Positions 36,600 through 45,862 of a stretch of DNA of 64,000 bases are shown piece by piece. How positions within the stretch are numbered: the first letter of the stretch is position 1; every line of letters starts with the position of its first letter. Source of the stretch: Gemmatimonadales bacterium (GTDB taxonomy: Bacteria; Gemmatimonadota; Gemmatimonadetes; Gemmatimonadales; GWC2-71-9); contig DASUJH010000028.1 in the NCBI GenBank assembly GCA_036279355.1, forward strand, positions 133,353-197,352, read 5' to 3'. A program made the translations under genes and the position numbers. The notes under the pieces are model-generated. The model worked only from the letters and a program-made list of their open reading frames with translations. It did not search any database and was not told the origin of the DNA.

Positions 36600-38086
36600 C
36601 GCTCCGCCAACGCCCGGATGATGCCGCACGCCTTGTCCAGCGTCTCGCGGTACTCGGACTCCGGGTCCGAGTCGGCCACGATGCCGCCGCCGGCCTGAAA
36701 ATACATCCGGCCCCCGGCCGCCACGGCGGTGCGGATGGCGATACTCGTGTCCATGGTGCCGGAGACGCTCAGGTATCCGAGCGAGCCGCAATAGATCTTG
36801 CGCGTCGAGGGCTCGAGCTCCGCGATGATCTCCATAGCGCGCACCTTGGGCGCGCCGGTGATCGACCCTCCGGGAAAGGTGGCGCGCAGGAGATCCACAG
36901 CGTCGGTGCCGGGCTCGAGCTCGCCCACGACGGTCGACACGAGATGGTGCACCGTCGGGTGTTGCTCCAGCGCGAACAGCTCCGGCACCCGCACCGTGCC
37001 GGGGAGGCAGACGCGTGACAGATCGTTTCGCAGCAGGTCCACGATCATCACGTTCTCGGCCCGGTCCTTGTCGCTCTCTTCGAGCACGAGGCCAAGCAGC
37101 GCGTCGTGCATCGGCCCGAGTCCGCGCGGGCGGGTGCCCTTGATGGGGCGAGTCTCGACCCGCCGGCCTTGGAGCCGGAGAAACCGCTCGGGTGAGACGC
37201 TCAAGACCTGGGCGCCGCCGATGTCGAAGTACGCGCCGAAGGCCGCCGGATTGGTCCGGCGTAGGCGCCGGTAGAACGCGAACGGTGCTTCGTCGAGCGG
37301 CGCCGTGAAGCGCTGGGAGAGATTGGCCTGGAAGATGTCGCCGGCGAGGATGTACTCCCGCACCCGTGCCACCGCGGTGAGATAGCCCCGATGGGTGAAC
37401 GTCGACCGGAGTCCGACCTGTTCCGCGTGCTCGACTCCGACCACCGGATACGATGGCGCCCCCGGGCCGGCGAGCGACTGCGGCCGGGCGGGGGCCGGAC
37501 GGCGCCCACTGTGCGTCGTCGCAGTGGGGCTACTCTCCTCGAGCCTCGCACGGACCATCGCGAGCCGCTCGGCGCCACGCCGCGCGCGTTCCCCGCCCGA
37601 TTCCGGCAGGCCGGTCGAGATGATCCACGCCGCATCCTGCTCGTGGTCCCAGGCGAGCACCCAGTCGTAGAGGCCGAGCACGACGTCCGGTATGGCGAGG
37701 TCATCGAAGCGCGGGGTGGGGAGCCGCTCGAGCACGCGGCCATAGTCGTAACCGATGTATCCGGCGGCGCCGCCCTGAAACGGGGGTACCCCTGGCATCG
37801 GTTCGGACGCGAAGGGCGCGAGCATCGCGTGCACGGCGGCAAGCGGCTCATCGGCGACCGCGGTCCACGCTCCAGCCGTGGCGTCGAATCGCTCACTCCG
37901 GGCGCCGCGCCCGCGAATGACGGCGGCCGGATCCGCCGACAGGAACGAGTAGCGCCCGAGCCGCGCGTGCTCCGCCGTGCTGTCGAGGAGGATTGGCCAG
38001 GGGAGGTCGAGAAACCGCTCCGCCGCATCGGCGGGGTCGGGCGTCCCCTCGAGGCGGACCGCGAGCGGGAGCGCCGCGCCGCTCAT
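36596..38086 (-). CDS. pabB: aminodeoxychorismate synthase component I (chorismate-binding enzyme family)
   Basis: FPGGSITGAPKVRAMEII, IYCGSLGY, SIAIRT and GGGIVADSDPESEYRET motifs. Confidence 0.8.
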   Translation of the reverse strand: MSGAALPLAVRLEGTPDPADAAERFLDLPWPILLDSTAEHARLGRYSFLSADPAAVIRGRGARSERFDATAGAWTAVADEPLAAVHAMLAPFASEPMPGVPPFQGGAAGYIGYDYGRVLERLPTPRFDDLAIPDVVLGLYDWVLAWDHEQDAAWIISTGLPESGGERARRGAERLAMVRARLEESSPTATTHSGRRPAPARPQSLAGPGAPSYPVVGVEHAEQVGLRSTFTHRGYLTAVARVREYILAGDIFQANLSQRFTAPLDEAPFAFYRRLRRTNPAAFGAYFDIGGAQVLSVSPERFLRLQGRRVETRPIKGTRPRGLGPMHDALLGLVLEESDKDRAENVMIVDLLRNDLSRVCLPGTVRVPELFALEQHPTVHHLVSTVVGELEPGTDAVDLLRATFPGGSITGAPKVRAMEIIAELEPSTRKIYCGSLGYLSVSGTMDTSIAIRTAVAAGGRMYFQAGGGIVADSDPESEYRETLDKACGIIRALAER

Positions 38087-39567
38087 TCCGCGTCAGCCGC
38101 GGCCGAGCGGCGGCGATGCGACCGCTGGGTGAGCTTCACGTGCTCGGAGCGCCGGTCGTCGGGCGGTGTCAAATACCCCCACGAGAGCGCGCCTTCCTGG
38201 CGATACGTCTTCCCCAGCGTGATCGCGAGCCGCGCCTTCATGAGCTCGCGGCCCAGATAGAATGCGTGCGTCGCTTCGTCCACGCCGAGCTGCGTGAAGA
38301 TCTCCTGGATGTCGGTGCCGCGCACGAACAGCTCGTCGTTGAACACGGTGATCGTGTCGCGGTCGGTGAAGATCCGGAAATTCGGGTCGGTCACGGCCGC
38401 CTGCAGCTCGCGCAGCTCGGCCTCCGTGTAGGCCAGGACGGCCGGGTCCTTCACGGTGACGAGCCGGTCGTCCACGCCCTTCGGGATCCGCTGCTCGGCG
38501 ATGGCATAGTGCATGAGCCGCCGGGCGATGTCCACCTCGCGCACGGCGCCGTGCGCCCACGGAATCACTTCGGTCGTGAGCACCGCGCGCGCGCCCACCT
38601 CCTGGGCGATCGCCATGAGGATGGCGTTCACCCCGGTGGTATCGGCCGCGGTGAGCTCGGTGATGTTGCCGATGCCCATCATCTGCCCGCGCCCCGGATA
38701 GCGCCGGTGCACCTCGGCGTAGCGCTCGAGCGAAGCGAGAAAGCCGAACCCGATCGGCTCGATGACCGGATCGATGAGGCAGGGAACGCCCCAGGCGTCG
38801 AGCCGCTCGATGTTGCGGTCCAGCGTGTCGAGTCCGGCACCGAAGTCAGGAATTACCACGACGCGGGCGCCGTGCTCCGCCGCCTCGCGCGCCACATCGA
38901 GGTTCGAGCCGTTCACGCTGAGCACGAGCTCGGCGCCGTGGCGGACAGCACTACGAATCTCCTCGGGGTCGAACGAATCGATGCTTACGCGGAGCCCGGA
39001 CGCGCGGAGCTCCCGCACCACGTCACCGAGCGAGGGGAAGGCGACACCGGGCGTGCAGCCCACGTCGATGATGTCGGCGCCGCTCGCCGCGAAGTAGGCG
39101 GCGGCGTGCCGGATCTCCTCGCGCGAGAGCTTGGGTGCGTTGTTGATCTCGGCGAGGATCTCGATGTCGTAGGCGCCGTACTCGGCGGCCAGGCCCGCCT
39201 GGCCGAAGTGGCGCGGCAGCTCGCGCAGATCCTTGGGCCCCTTCTCCACCCGCACGCCGACCCGCTCCTCCAGCACCGCCGTGTCACCCTCGACGAGACC
39301 GGGCAGGAGGACGAGGTCGGTATTCGGTGGGACCTCGAGAAAGCGCGCGATCCACGGCGTCGTCATGAGCGCCGCGACCGTGATCTTCATGACCGCCACG
39401 TCGGCCGCGAAGGGGAACTGCGCCGCGGCGAGCGTGCGGCGCAGGGCGGCCTCGGCGAGCTTGCCGGTGACGAACAGGACGCGGCGGGGCGCGTCCGCGC
39501 CGAGCGGTGCCACGCCGGCCGCGCCGCCAGCGGAGTCGCCTATCGTGGCTCCCCCGGCCTCACCCAC
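38083..39567 (-). CDS. dihydropteroate-synthase-related protein of the H4MPT biosynthesis type (pterin-binding domain with N- and C-terminal extra domains)
   Basis: 494 aa, GTG start (start uncertain; overlaps the upstream gene by 28 nt). Central pterin-binding barrel (GADIIDVGCTPG ... SIDSF ... MMGIGNITE) and a C-terminal FYLGRELMKA region. Confidence 0.75.
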   Translation of the reverse strand: MGEAGGATIGDSAGGAAGVAPLGADAPRRVLFVTGKLAEAALRRTLAAAQFPFAADVAVMKITVAALMTTPWIARFLEVPPNTDLVLLPGLVEGDTAVLEERVGVRVEKGPKDLRELPRHFGQAGLAAEYGAYDIEILAEINNAPKLSREEIRHAAAYFAASGADIIDVGCTPGVAFPSLGDVVRELRASGLRVSIDSFDPEEIRSAVRHGAELVLSVNGSNLDVAREAAEHGARVVVIPDFGAGLDTLDRNIERLDAWGVPCLIDPVIEPIGFGFLASLERYAEVHRRYPGRGQMMGIGNITELTAADTTGVNAILMAIAQEVGARAVLTTEVIPWAHGAVREVDIARRLMHYAIAEQRIPKGVDDRLVTVKDPAVLAYTEAELRELQAAVTDPNFRIFTDRDTITVFNDELFVRGTDIQEIFTQLGVDEATHAFYLGRELMKARLAITLGKTYRQEGALSWGYLTPPDDRRSEHVKLTQRSHRRRSAAADAE

Positions 39568-39902
39568 TTATTCGGCGTGCCCTCGAGCGCGCCGCCGGTC
39601 GGCCGCCAGAGCACCACGTCCTCGATCTTGCGGGCCAGCTCGAAATCCTTGTCGGTAATCCCGCCCGCCGCGTGGTTCTGCAGCTTCACGATCAACCGTC
39701 CCCACGTGACGCTGAGATCGGGGTGGTGGTACGCGGCCTCGGCCAGGTAGCCGACGGCGTTCACCAGCATCAGCGTGGTAGGCCAGCCGTCGGTCTTGTA
39801 CACCCGGCGGATCCAGCCGTCCTCGTAGTACCAGCCCGGCAGCGCCTGCAGGCGCTCCGCGATTTCGGATTCATTGTAGGTGCGCTCTTTCGTCGTCGGC
39901 AT
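39540..39902 (-). CDS. 4a-hydroxytetrahydrobiopterin (pterin-4a-carbinolamine) dehydratase
   Basis: 120 aa with LPGWYYEDG ... AYHHPDLSVTWGRLIVKLQNHAAGGITDKDFELA, a typical PCD pattern. Confidence 0.85.
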   Translation of the reverse strand: MPTTKERTYNESEIAERLQALPGWYYEDGWIRRVYKTDGWPTTLMLVNAVGYLAEAAYHHPDLSVTWGRLIVKLQNHAAGGITDKDFELARKIEDVVLWRPTGGALEGTPNKWVRPGEPR

Positions 39903-39932
39903 GGCAGTCTCCTTGGTGCAGTCACGGCGCCG

Positions 39933-40721
39933 TCACATCACGACGCCACCGTTGATCATGATCGTCTGGCCGGTGAGGAACGCGGCCTCGTCGGAGGCGA
40001 GATAGACCGCGGCGCCGGCCACGTCGGCCGGCGTGCCCCAGCGCGCGAGCGGTGTGACGCCCACCACGTGGCCGCGCCAGCGTTCGTCGGCCACCTCACC
40101 GAACGCCGTCTCGATGAAGCCCGGCGCCAGGACATTGACGCGGATATGCGGCGCCACGTCCCGCGCGAGCGACTTGCTGAAGGCGAGCACGCCGCCCTTG
40201 GCGACGGCGTAGAGGCCCGGGTTCTCGCCCGCCATGCCGAAGGATACGTGGTCCCACGACATGTTGAGGATGACACCGCCGTCACCCTGCGAGCGCATCA
40301 GGTCCACCGCGGCCCACGAGGCGAGCACGGTGCCGCGGAGATCGACGCGGAGCACCTCGTCGAGCTTGTCGACTCGGGCGCGGCGCCCGGCTGCGCCGGT
40401 CAGGATGTCGGCGCCGGCGTTGTTGATCCAGACGTCGATCCGGCCGAAGGTCCGGCGAATGGCATCGGGCAGCGCGGCGATGCTCTTCTCGTCCTCGAGC
40501 GCGAGCGGCAACAACTCGGCACGACGCCCGAGGGCCCGGATCTGATCGGCCGCGGCATCCCCTCCGGCGCGGTTTGATCGATACGTGACTGCGACGTCGG
40601 CACCGGCGCGGGCACAAGCCACGGCGATCGCCTGCCCGATGCCGCTCGATGCGCCGGTCACGAGCACCGCCTTGCCCGCGAGCTGCCCGGCCACCGCCCC
40701 CCCTTCGCCAACCCTCGCCAT
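39933..40721 (-). CDS. short-chain dehydrogenase/reductase (SDR), candidate pterin reductase
   Basis: ORF trimmed to the ATG at 40721. Cofactor motif VLVTGASSGIGQAIA, NNAG, and catalytic YAVAKGG. The pterin-reductase role is inferred from context only. Confidence 0.8.
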   Translation of the reverse strand: MARVGEGGAVAGQLAGKAVLVTGASSGIGQAIAVACARAGADVAVTYRSNRAGGDAAADQIRALGRRAELLPLALEDEKSIAALPDAIRRTFGRIDVWINNAGADILTGAAGRRARVDKLDEVLRVDLRGTVLASWAAVDLMRSQGDGGVILNMSWDHVSFGMAGENPGLYAVAKGGVLAFSKSLARDVAPHIRVNVLAPGFIETAFGEVADERWRGHVVGVTPLARWGTPADVAGAAVYLASDEAAFLTGQTIMINGGVVM

Positions 40722-40806
40722 TGCCGCACCTCCCCGACCGCTCGTCACCTTGGCTTCTAAGGGCCAACATACCATTGTGTTAGCATCTCACAAGGGAGCG
40801 CAGCGC

Positions 40807-41556
40807 ATGCAACTCCTCGTGAGCGTCCGGTCGGCTGAGGAGGCGACGGCGGCGCTCGCCGGCGGCGCGGACGTGATCGATGCGAAAGATCCGGCGCAAG
40901 GCGCGCTCGGCGCGGTGAGCCGGGCCGCGCTTCGCGCCATCGACCGGGTGGTGCCCGCGGACGTTCCGCTGAGCGTCGCATTGGGCGAAGCTGCGAGTGC
41001 ACGGGAGGCGGAGGCTCGCGTCGCGGCGCTCACGCTTCGCGCCAGACCGGCGCCGCTCTACGTGAAGCTCGCGTGCGCGGGGTGTGCGGACGGGGATCAG
41101 CGATATCTCACGCACATCCTCGCGGCCGCCGTCCGCGTCGCGCGCGAGCTTCCCGCATCACCGCGCCTCATTGCCGCAGCCTACGTGGACGCGAGCGATG
41201 GGAGTCGCGCGACGGATGCGCTGGTCGACGCGGCCGCGGCGGCCGGCACCGCGGGCGTGCTGCTCGACACCGCGCGCAAGGATGGGCGGAGCCTCCTCGA
41301 TTGGCGCAACCTGCGTGAGCTCCGGCGCTGGGTGGCGCGGGCGCACGCTGCGGGCCTCCTCGCCGCGCTTGCCGGCAGCCTGCGCGCCGAGCATGTCCCC
41401 GTTCTCGCCGCGGTCCACGCGGACGTGTTCGGCGTGCGCGGCGCCGCGTGCGACGGCGGCCGCAGGGGGACGCTCTCCGGGCCCCGGGTGCGCGCCCTCA
41501 GGTCGCTGCTCGATGCGGTCGAGCCACCGCCCGGGCCGAGAGCCCATATCGGATAG
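40807..41556 (+). CDS. mfnB: (5-formylfuran-3-yl)methyl phosphate synthase-like protein (UPF0264/DUF556; methanofuran biosynthesis MfnB)
   Basis: Real part of ORF 40585..41556. ATG at 40807 with a [44 protein letters not shown] matches the family N-terminus. Confidence 0.7.
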   Translation: MQLLVSVRSAEEATAALAGGADVIDAKDPAQGALGAVSRAALRAIDRVVPADVPLSVALGEAASAREAEARVAALTLRARPAPLYVKLACAGCADGDQRYLTHILAAAVRVARELPASPRLIAAAYVDASDGSRATDALVDAAAAAGTAGVLLDTARKDGRSLLDWRNLRELRRWVARAHAAGLLAALAGSLRAEHVPVLAAVHADVFGVRGAACDGGRRGTLSGPRVRALRSLLDAVEPPPGPRAHIG

Positions 41557-41732
41557 CCCACCACCGCACGCGCTGCAAAGTCCCACACCGGCCCGCTCCC
41601 ACCGCACCGACTCGGCAGGGTAAGTGGATTCCAGCCTGAGGTTTACGGCGGGCGCCCCGGGGGGCATGTCCCTTGCCTTCGGCGGGTCGTTCCTTCCTTG
41701 AATACCCTTTGACGCGGGCGGTCCCTCCCAGC

Positions 41733-44700
41733 ATGGTGCTCCGATCGGGTCCACTCCGCAGCCGCTTCGGCCGGCGCCTTCTGGCGCTATTCGTCGGCTG
41801 CGCGCTCGTGCCGATCGGGATCCTCGCTGCGCTCTCCTTCCGGCACATGACGCGGCAGCTCGAGGCCCAGAGCGAGCGCCGGCTGCTGGAGAGCGACGAG
41901 GCGCTCGCGCGCGCGATTTTCGAGCGCCTGCTGTTGCTCGAGTCGACGCTCCGCAACGTGCCGCCGCGTGCCGTGGCCGAGCTGGTGGATCCGCCCAGGA
42001 CCCCCAGAGCGCCGCGGTACGAGCCCGCGCGCCGGCCGGTCCACATCGCGGGCAACCGCACGCAAGGCGCGCGCGCCGACGGGCGAATCGCGCTCGGTGG
42101 AATCGCGATGCGGCGAGCGGAGGCTGCGCCTCGCCGCGTGAAGCCCGCACCTCCCGCGCAGGATCCCGAGACGGCGCATCTGCTCGCCGCCGGCATCGAT
42201 CTGCTTGCGCGCCGCCGCTTCACGGCACTCGAGTGGTGGGGGCCCAAGGGCCGCCACACTGCGATCTTCGGCCGGTTGACGGCGATCCCGGCGCTCGACG
42301 ACGCCGACAGCGCCGACGTGCTCGCCGGCGGCACACTCCTGCGCACCGGACGGGGCGAGCACGGGGCGCACGTCTACATGCTGCGCGCGCTCGACCGCGC
42401 CGGCGGTCCGCCCGGTTTCTTCGTGGGCGAAATCAGCCCGGAATACCTCTGGGGAACCCACGAGGAGAGCATGCCGTCGCCCGGCACCGCGATGGCGGTG
42501 GTGAACGACGCGGGCACGGTACTCACCGGATTCGCACCGAGGCCGACCAGCACCGCGTCGCGCGACGGCATCGTGGTCGACACCCTGACCCGCGGCGCGT
42601 TCGCATCGACCATCGGTGGGCGGCCGTATCTGTCGGTGCACTGGCCCATCGTGCTCCAGAAGACCTTTGCCGCGCAGAACTGGACCCTCGTGCTGAGCGA
42701 GTCGCAGGCCGCGGTGATGGAGCCGATGACGGACTTCCAGCCGACGTTTCTCCTCATCGTCGCCTTCTGTACGCTCGCGGTGCTGCTGCTCAGCGTAAGC
42801 CAGATCCGCCGCAGCCTGGTGCCGCTCGAGCGGCTGCAGGAGGGGACCCGTCGGATCGCGCTCAGGGACTTCGAGAGCCGCGTGGAAGTGTCGAGCCGTG
42901 ACGAGTTCGCCGAGCTGGCCGACTCGTTCAACGGCATGGCGATGCGCTTGGGCCGGCAGTTCCAGGCGCTGGCGACGGCGGCCGAGATCGACCGGACCGT
43001 GCTCGCCGCGACGGACAGCACGGCCGTCGTCGACGCCCTGCTCGCGCGCATTGGCGACGTCTATCCTTGCCGCGCGGCCAGTGTCACGCTGATCTCGCCG
43101 GACCGCGCAGAGCCGCCGGTGAGCAGGGTCCAAGTGTGCGGCAGCGATGCGCGACAATATCCGGTGCCGGTGGCACTCGGCGGAGCCGAGTTGCGCCAGC
43201 TCGCGACGGGGCCCGAAATCCTCGAGCTGAATGCGGGGGAGGACCGGCCGGCGCTGCTTGCGCCCATTGCCGACGCGGGCGCTGAATCGTTCGTGATTCT
43301 TCCGCTCCGCTACCAGCGCCAGCTCGCCGGCGTACTCGCGCTCGGCGGGGCGCCGGGGCTCGAGTGCACCCCCGACGATCTGCTACAGGCGCGCCGGCTG
43401 GCCGATCAGGTGGCCGTGGCGCTCGCCAATGCGGGGATGATCGAGCAGGTACGCACGCTGGCCTACTTCGACTGTCTCACCGGGCTGCTCAACCGCTCGT
43501 CGTACACCGCGCGGGTGGATGCCGCCATCGCCGACGCGAAGCGCACCCGGCGGCAGCTGGCCGTCTACTTCGTCGACCTCGACGGCTTCGGCCGCATCAA
43601 CGATACGCTGGGGCATGAGGCGGGGGATGAGTTGCTGCGCCAGGTCGCGGCCCGGCTGCGCGCGTCCAGGGCCGACGAAGAAACGGCGGCGGTGCTGTCG
43701 GCGGGCGCACCGAGCATCGACGTGGCCCGGCTCGGCGGCGACGAATTCGCCGTCGTGCTCGCCGGGCTCGACGAGGCCGACCAAGCGATAGCCTTCGCCC
43801 GCCGCACGCTTGCCGCTCTGGCCCCGCCGTTCCGCCTCGGGGCGCACGAGATTTTCATGACTGCGAGCGTCGGCGTTGCGTTTCACCCGGGCGATGGCGA
43901 GGACGCCGCGATGCTCCTCGCGCACGCCGACACGGCGATGTACCAGGCCAAGGGCCAGGGCGGCAACGGCTATCAGCTCTACGCCCGGTCGATGAACGCC
44001 GCCGCGTTGCACCGGCTCACGCTGGAGGGCGATCTCCGCCGTGCGCTCGAGGGCGACGAGCTGGAGCTGCACTACCAGCCGATCGTGGACGCCACCTCGG
44101 GCGGACTGGCCGGCGCGGAAGCCCTCGTGCGGTGGCGCCACCCGTCGCTCGGGCTGCTGCTTCCCGGCGAGTTCGTGCCGCTCGCCGAGGAGACCGGCCT
44201 GATCTGCCCGCTCGGTGAGTGGGTGCTGCGCGCCGCGTGCGCGCAGCACCGGGCCTGGCAGCAGGCGGGGCTTCCCCCGATCCGGGTCGTAGTGAACCTC
44301 GCGAGCCGCCAGCTCCGGCAGGGCACGCTCGTGGCCACGGTCCGGGAGGTGCTCGCGGAAACCGGTATCGCCTCGCGCCATCTGGGCCTCGAGCTCACCG
44401 AGAGTGCGCTGATGGATCGCGAGCACGAGACCCTTTCTGCGCTGCACGCGCTCCGGGCGATGGGCGTACAGCTCTCGATCGACGACTTCGGCACCGGATA
44501 CTCCTCGCTCAGCTACCTCAAGCATTTCCCGGTGGACGCGCTCAAGATCGATCGCGCGTTCGTGCGCGATCTCGTCACCCGCCCGAAGGACGCCGCGATC
44601 ACGGCGGCGATCATCGCGATGGCGCACGCGCTCGAGCTCAAGGTCGTGGCCGAGGGCGTCGAGACCGATGCGCATCTCGCCTTCCTGCGCCGCCTCGGGT

Positions 44701-44831
44701 GCGACGAGATCCAGGGTCACCTGGTGGGCCGCGCCATGCCGGCGGACAAGCTCGCTGAACGGCTCGCGAGCGGGCCGGTGGTGGGCCGGTCGGCCCGGCG
44801 GGCGCGGAAGGTGGGCACGCTCGGTCGCTGA
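41733..44831 (+). CDS. membrane sensor with HAMP, GAF-like, GGDEF and EAL domains (c-di-GMP turnover)
   Basis: ORF 41673 (TTG)..44831, with an ATG at 41733. Two TM helices flank a periplasmic region of about 300 aa. HAMP (PLERLQEGTRRIALRDFESRV), an intact GGDEF motif (RLGGDEFAVVL) and EAL motifs (EALVRW, ELTES, DDFGTGYSSLSYL, EGVET). Confidence 0.85.
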   Translation: MVLRSGPLRSRFGRRLLALFVGCALVPIGILAALSFRHMTRQLEAQSERRLLESDEALARAIFERLLLLESTLRNVPPRAVAELVDPPRTPRAPRYEPARRPVHIAGNRTQGARADGRIALGGIAMRRAEAAPRRVKPAPPAQDPETAHLLAAGIDLLARRRFTALEWWGPKGRHTAIFGRLTAIPALDDADSADVLAGGTLLRTGRGEHGAHVYMLRALDRAGGPPGFFVGEISPEYLWGTHEESMPSPGTAMAVVNDAGTVLTGFAPRPTSTASRDGIVVDTLTRGAFASTIGGRPYLSVHWPIVLQKTFAAQNWTLVLSESQAAVMEPMTDFQPTFLLIVAFCTLAVLLLSVSQIRRSLVPLERLQEGTRRIALRDFESRVEVSSRDEFAELADSFNGMAMRLGRQFQALATAAEIDRTVLAATDSTAVVDALLARIGDVYPCRAASVTLISPDRAEPPVSRVQVCGSDARQYPVPVALGGAELRQLATGPEILELNAGEDRPALLAPIADAGAESFVILPLRYQRQLAGVLALGGAPGLECTPDDLLQARRLADQVAVALANAGMIEQVRTLAYFDCLTGLLNRSSYTARVDAAIADAKRTRRQLAVYFVDLDGFGRINDTLGHEAGDELLRQVAARLRASRADEETAAVLSAGAPSIDVARLGGDEFAVVLAGLDEADQAIAFARRTLAALAPPFRLGAHEIFMTASVGVAFHPGDGEDAAMLLAHADTAMYQAKGQGGNGYQLYARSMNAAALHRLTLEGDLRRALEGDELELHYQPIVDATSGGLAGAEALVRWRHPSLGLLLPGEFVPLAEETGLICPLGEWVLRAACAQHRAWQQAGLPPIRVVVNLASRQLRQGTLVATVREVLAETGIASRHLGLELTESALMDREHETLSALHALRAMGVQLSIDDFGTGYSSLSYLKHFPVDALKIDRAFVRDLVTRPKDAAITAAIIAMAHALELKVVAEGVETDAHLAFLRRLGCDEIQGHLVGRAMPADKLAERLASGPVVGRSARRARKVGTLGR

Positions 44832-44949
44832 CGCTGTAAAATGCTGCCTCATAGCTACTTAGCATGGCTCTGCCCGCTTCCTCCTGCCCTCAAGTCCGGT
44901 TAAATTTCCGTCGTTCCGAAGCGTTGGACCGGTCACCTGGAGCAGGGCA

Positions 44950-45255
44950 ATGATGGACGTAGCCATCGACTTCGCCGCAGCGGGCGGAGTCGATTTCAAT
45001 CGGTTGGAGCGGGGTCTGGAGCTGCACCTCGAGCGGGTTGGCGTGGGACAGTACCGCGTGAGCGGCGGGGCCCAGGAGCATTGGGTGGATCTCGTGAGCG
45101 CGGTGCACCCGCGCTGCGACTGCGGTGATCACCTCTGGCGCGACCGAGTGTGCAAGCACATCCTCGCGGCGTTGCTGCGCGAAGGCGACGAGCGCGTGCT
45201 CGCGGCGGTCGGTGCGCTGGTGGTGCAGCTCCGCACGGCGGCCCGGGCGGCGTGA
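44950..45255 (+). CDS. small SWIM zinc-finger protein
   Basis: 101 aa. CDCGDHLWRDRVCKHILA fits the CxCx(n)CxH SWIM signature. Confidence 0.6.
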   Translation: MMDVAIDFAAAGGVDFNRLERGLELHLERVGVGQYRVSGGAQEHWVDLVSAVHPRCDCGDHLWRDRVCKHILAALLREGDERVLAAVGALVVQLRTAARAA

Positions 45256-45268
45256 GGCCGGCGGCGCG

Positions 45269-45862
45269 CTAGCGCGCCAGCACCTCTTCCAGTCTGTCCA
45301 GCTCCGCCGGCCCGAGTACCACTGCGCGCACTCCCGCCGGCAGCACCTCACTGAACCCGCGATCCACCAGGTCCGCCGTGCCGCCCGGAATCGGCTTGAG
45401 CAGCACCAGGAGGTCGGCGTCGAGCGCGCCGGAAACGAAGGCCGCGATGCTGTCGCCGGTCACGTCCCAGGAGTGCGGCAGCACGTCGGCGGCGCGCATC
45501 CAGCGGAACGGCGCGAGCACCGGCACCTTGCCCGCGGCAAGCGCCTCCCGAATCCCTTCGCGCTCCCACGCGATGCAGCCGCCGTCGAGCCGATCCGCGA
45601 TCACGCAGGCGTATTGATCCATCGCGAGAATCGCCATCCAGTGCGCGGTGGATGGCGAGAGGCCGAGCGCGGCATCGAGCGTCCGCACAGCGTCGGCAAA
45701 CGGTCCGCCGCCCGGCACGACGATGAGCGGGCGCCGGCGCGCCGCTGACGCGATCGCGCGGGCCGCCAGGTCGAGGGCGCCCGGAATGCGCATCAGCCCG
45801 CCACCCAACTTGATCACCGTGAGCGGAAGCTCGCGCAGGTTGGCCATCGTGCCGCCCGTCAC
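45269..45862 (-). CDS. amino-acid (Asp/Glu/uridylate) kinase family protein, MfnE-like candidate (methanofuran biosynthesis)
   Basis: VIKLGGGLM ... LIVVPGGGPFAD ... TGDSIAAF pattern. GTGA-coupled to the upstream hydantoinase-like gene. The MfnE assignment is recalled from memory and is tentative. Confidence 0.6.
   Translation of the reverse strand: MTGGTMANLRELPLTVIKLGGGLMRIPGALDLAARAIASAARRRPLIVVPGGGPFADAVRTLDAALGLSPSTAHWMAILAMDQYACVIADRLDGGCIAWEREGIREALAAGKVPVLAPFRWMRAADVLPHSWDVTGDSIAAFVSGALDADLLVLLKPIPGGTADLVDRGFSEVLPAGVRAVVLGPAELDRLEEVLAR

Noticed and set aside
41787-44852. 456-aa and 489-aa minus-strand ORFs (41787..43157 and 43383..44852)
   Set aside because: Antisense to the GGDEF-EAL sensor, whose HAMP, GGDEF and EAL motifs fix the plus-strand frame.
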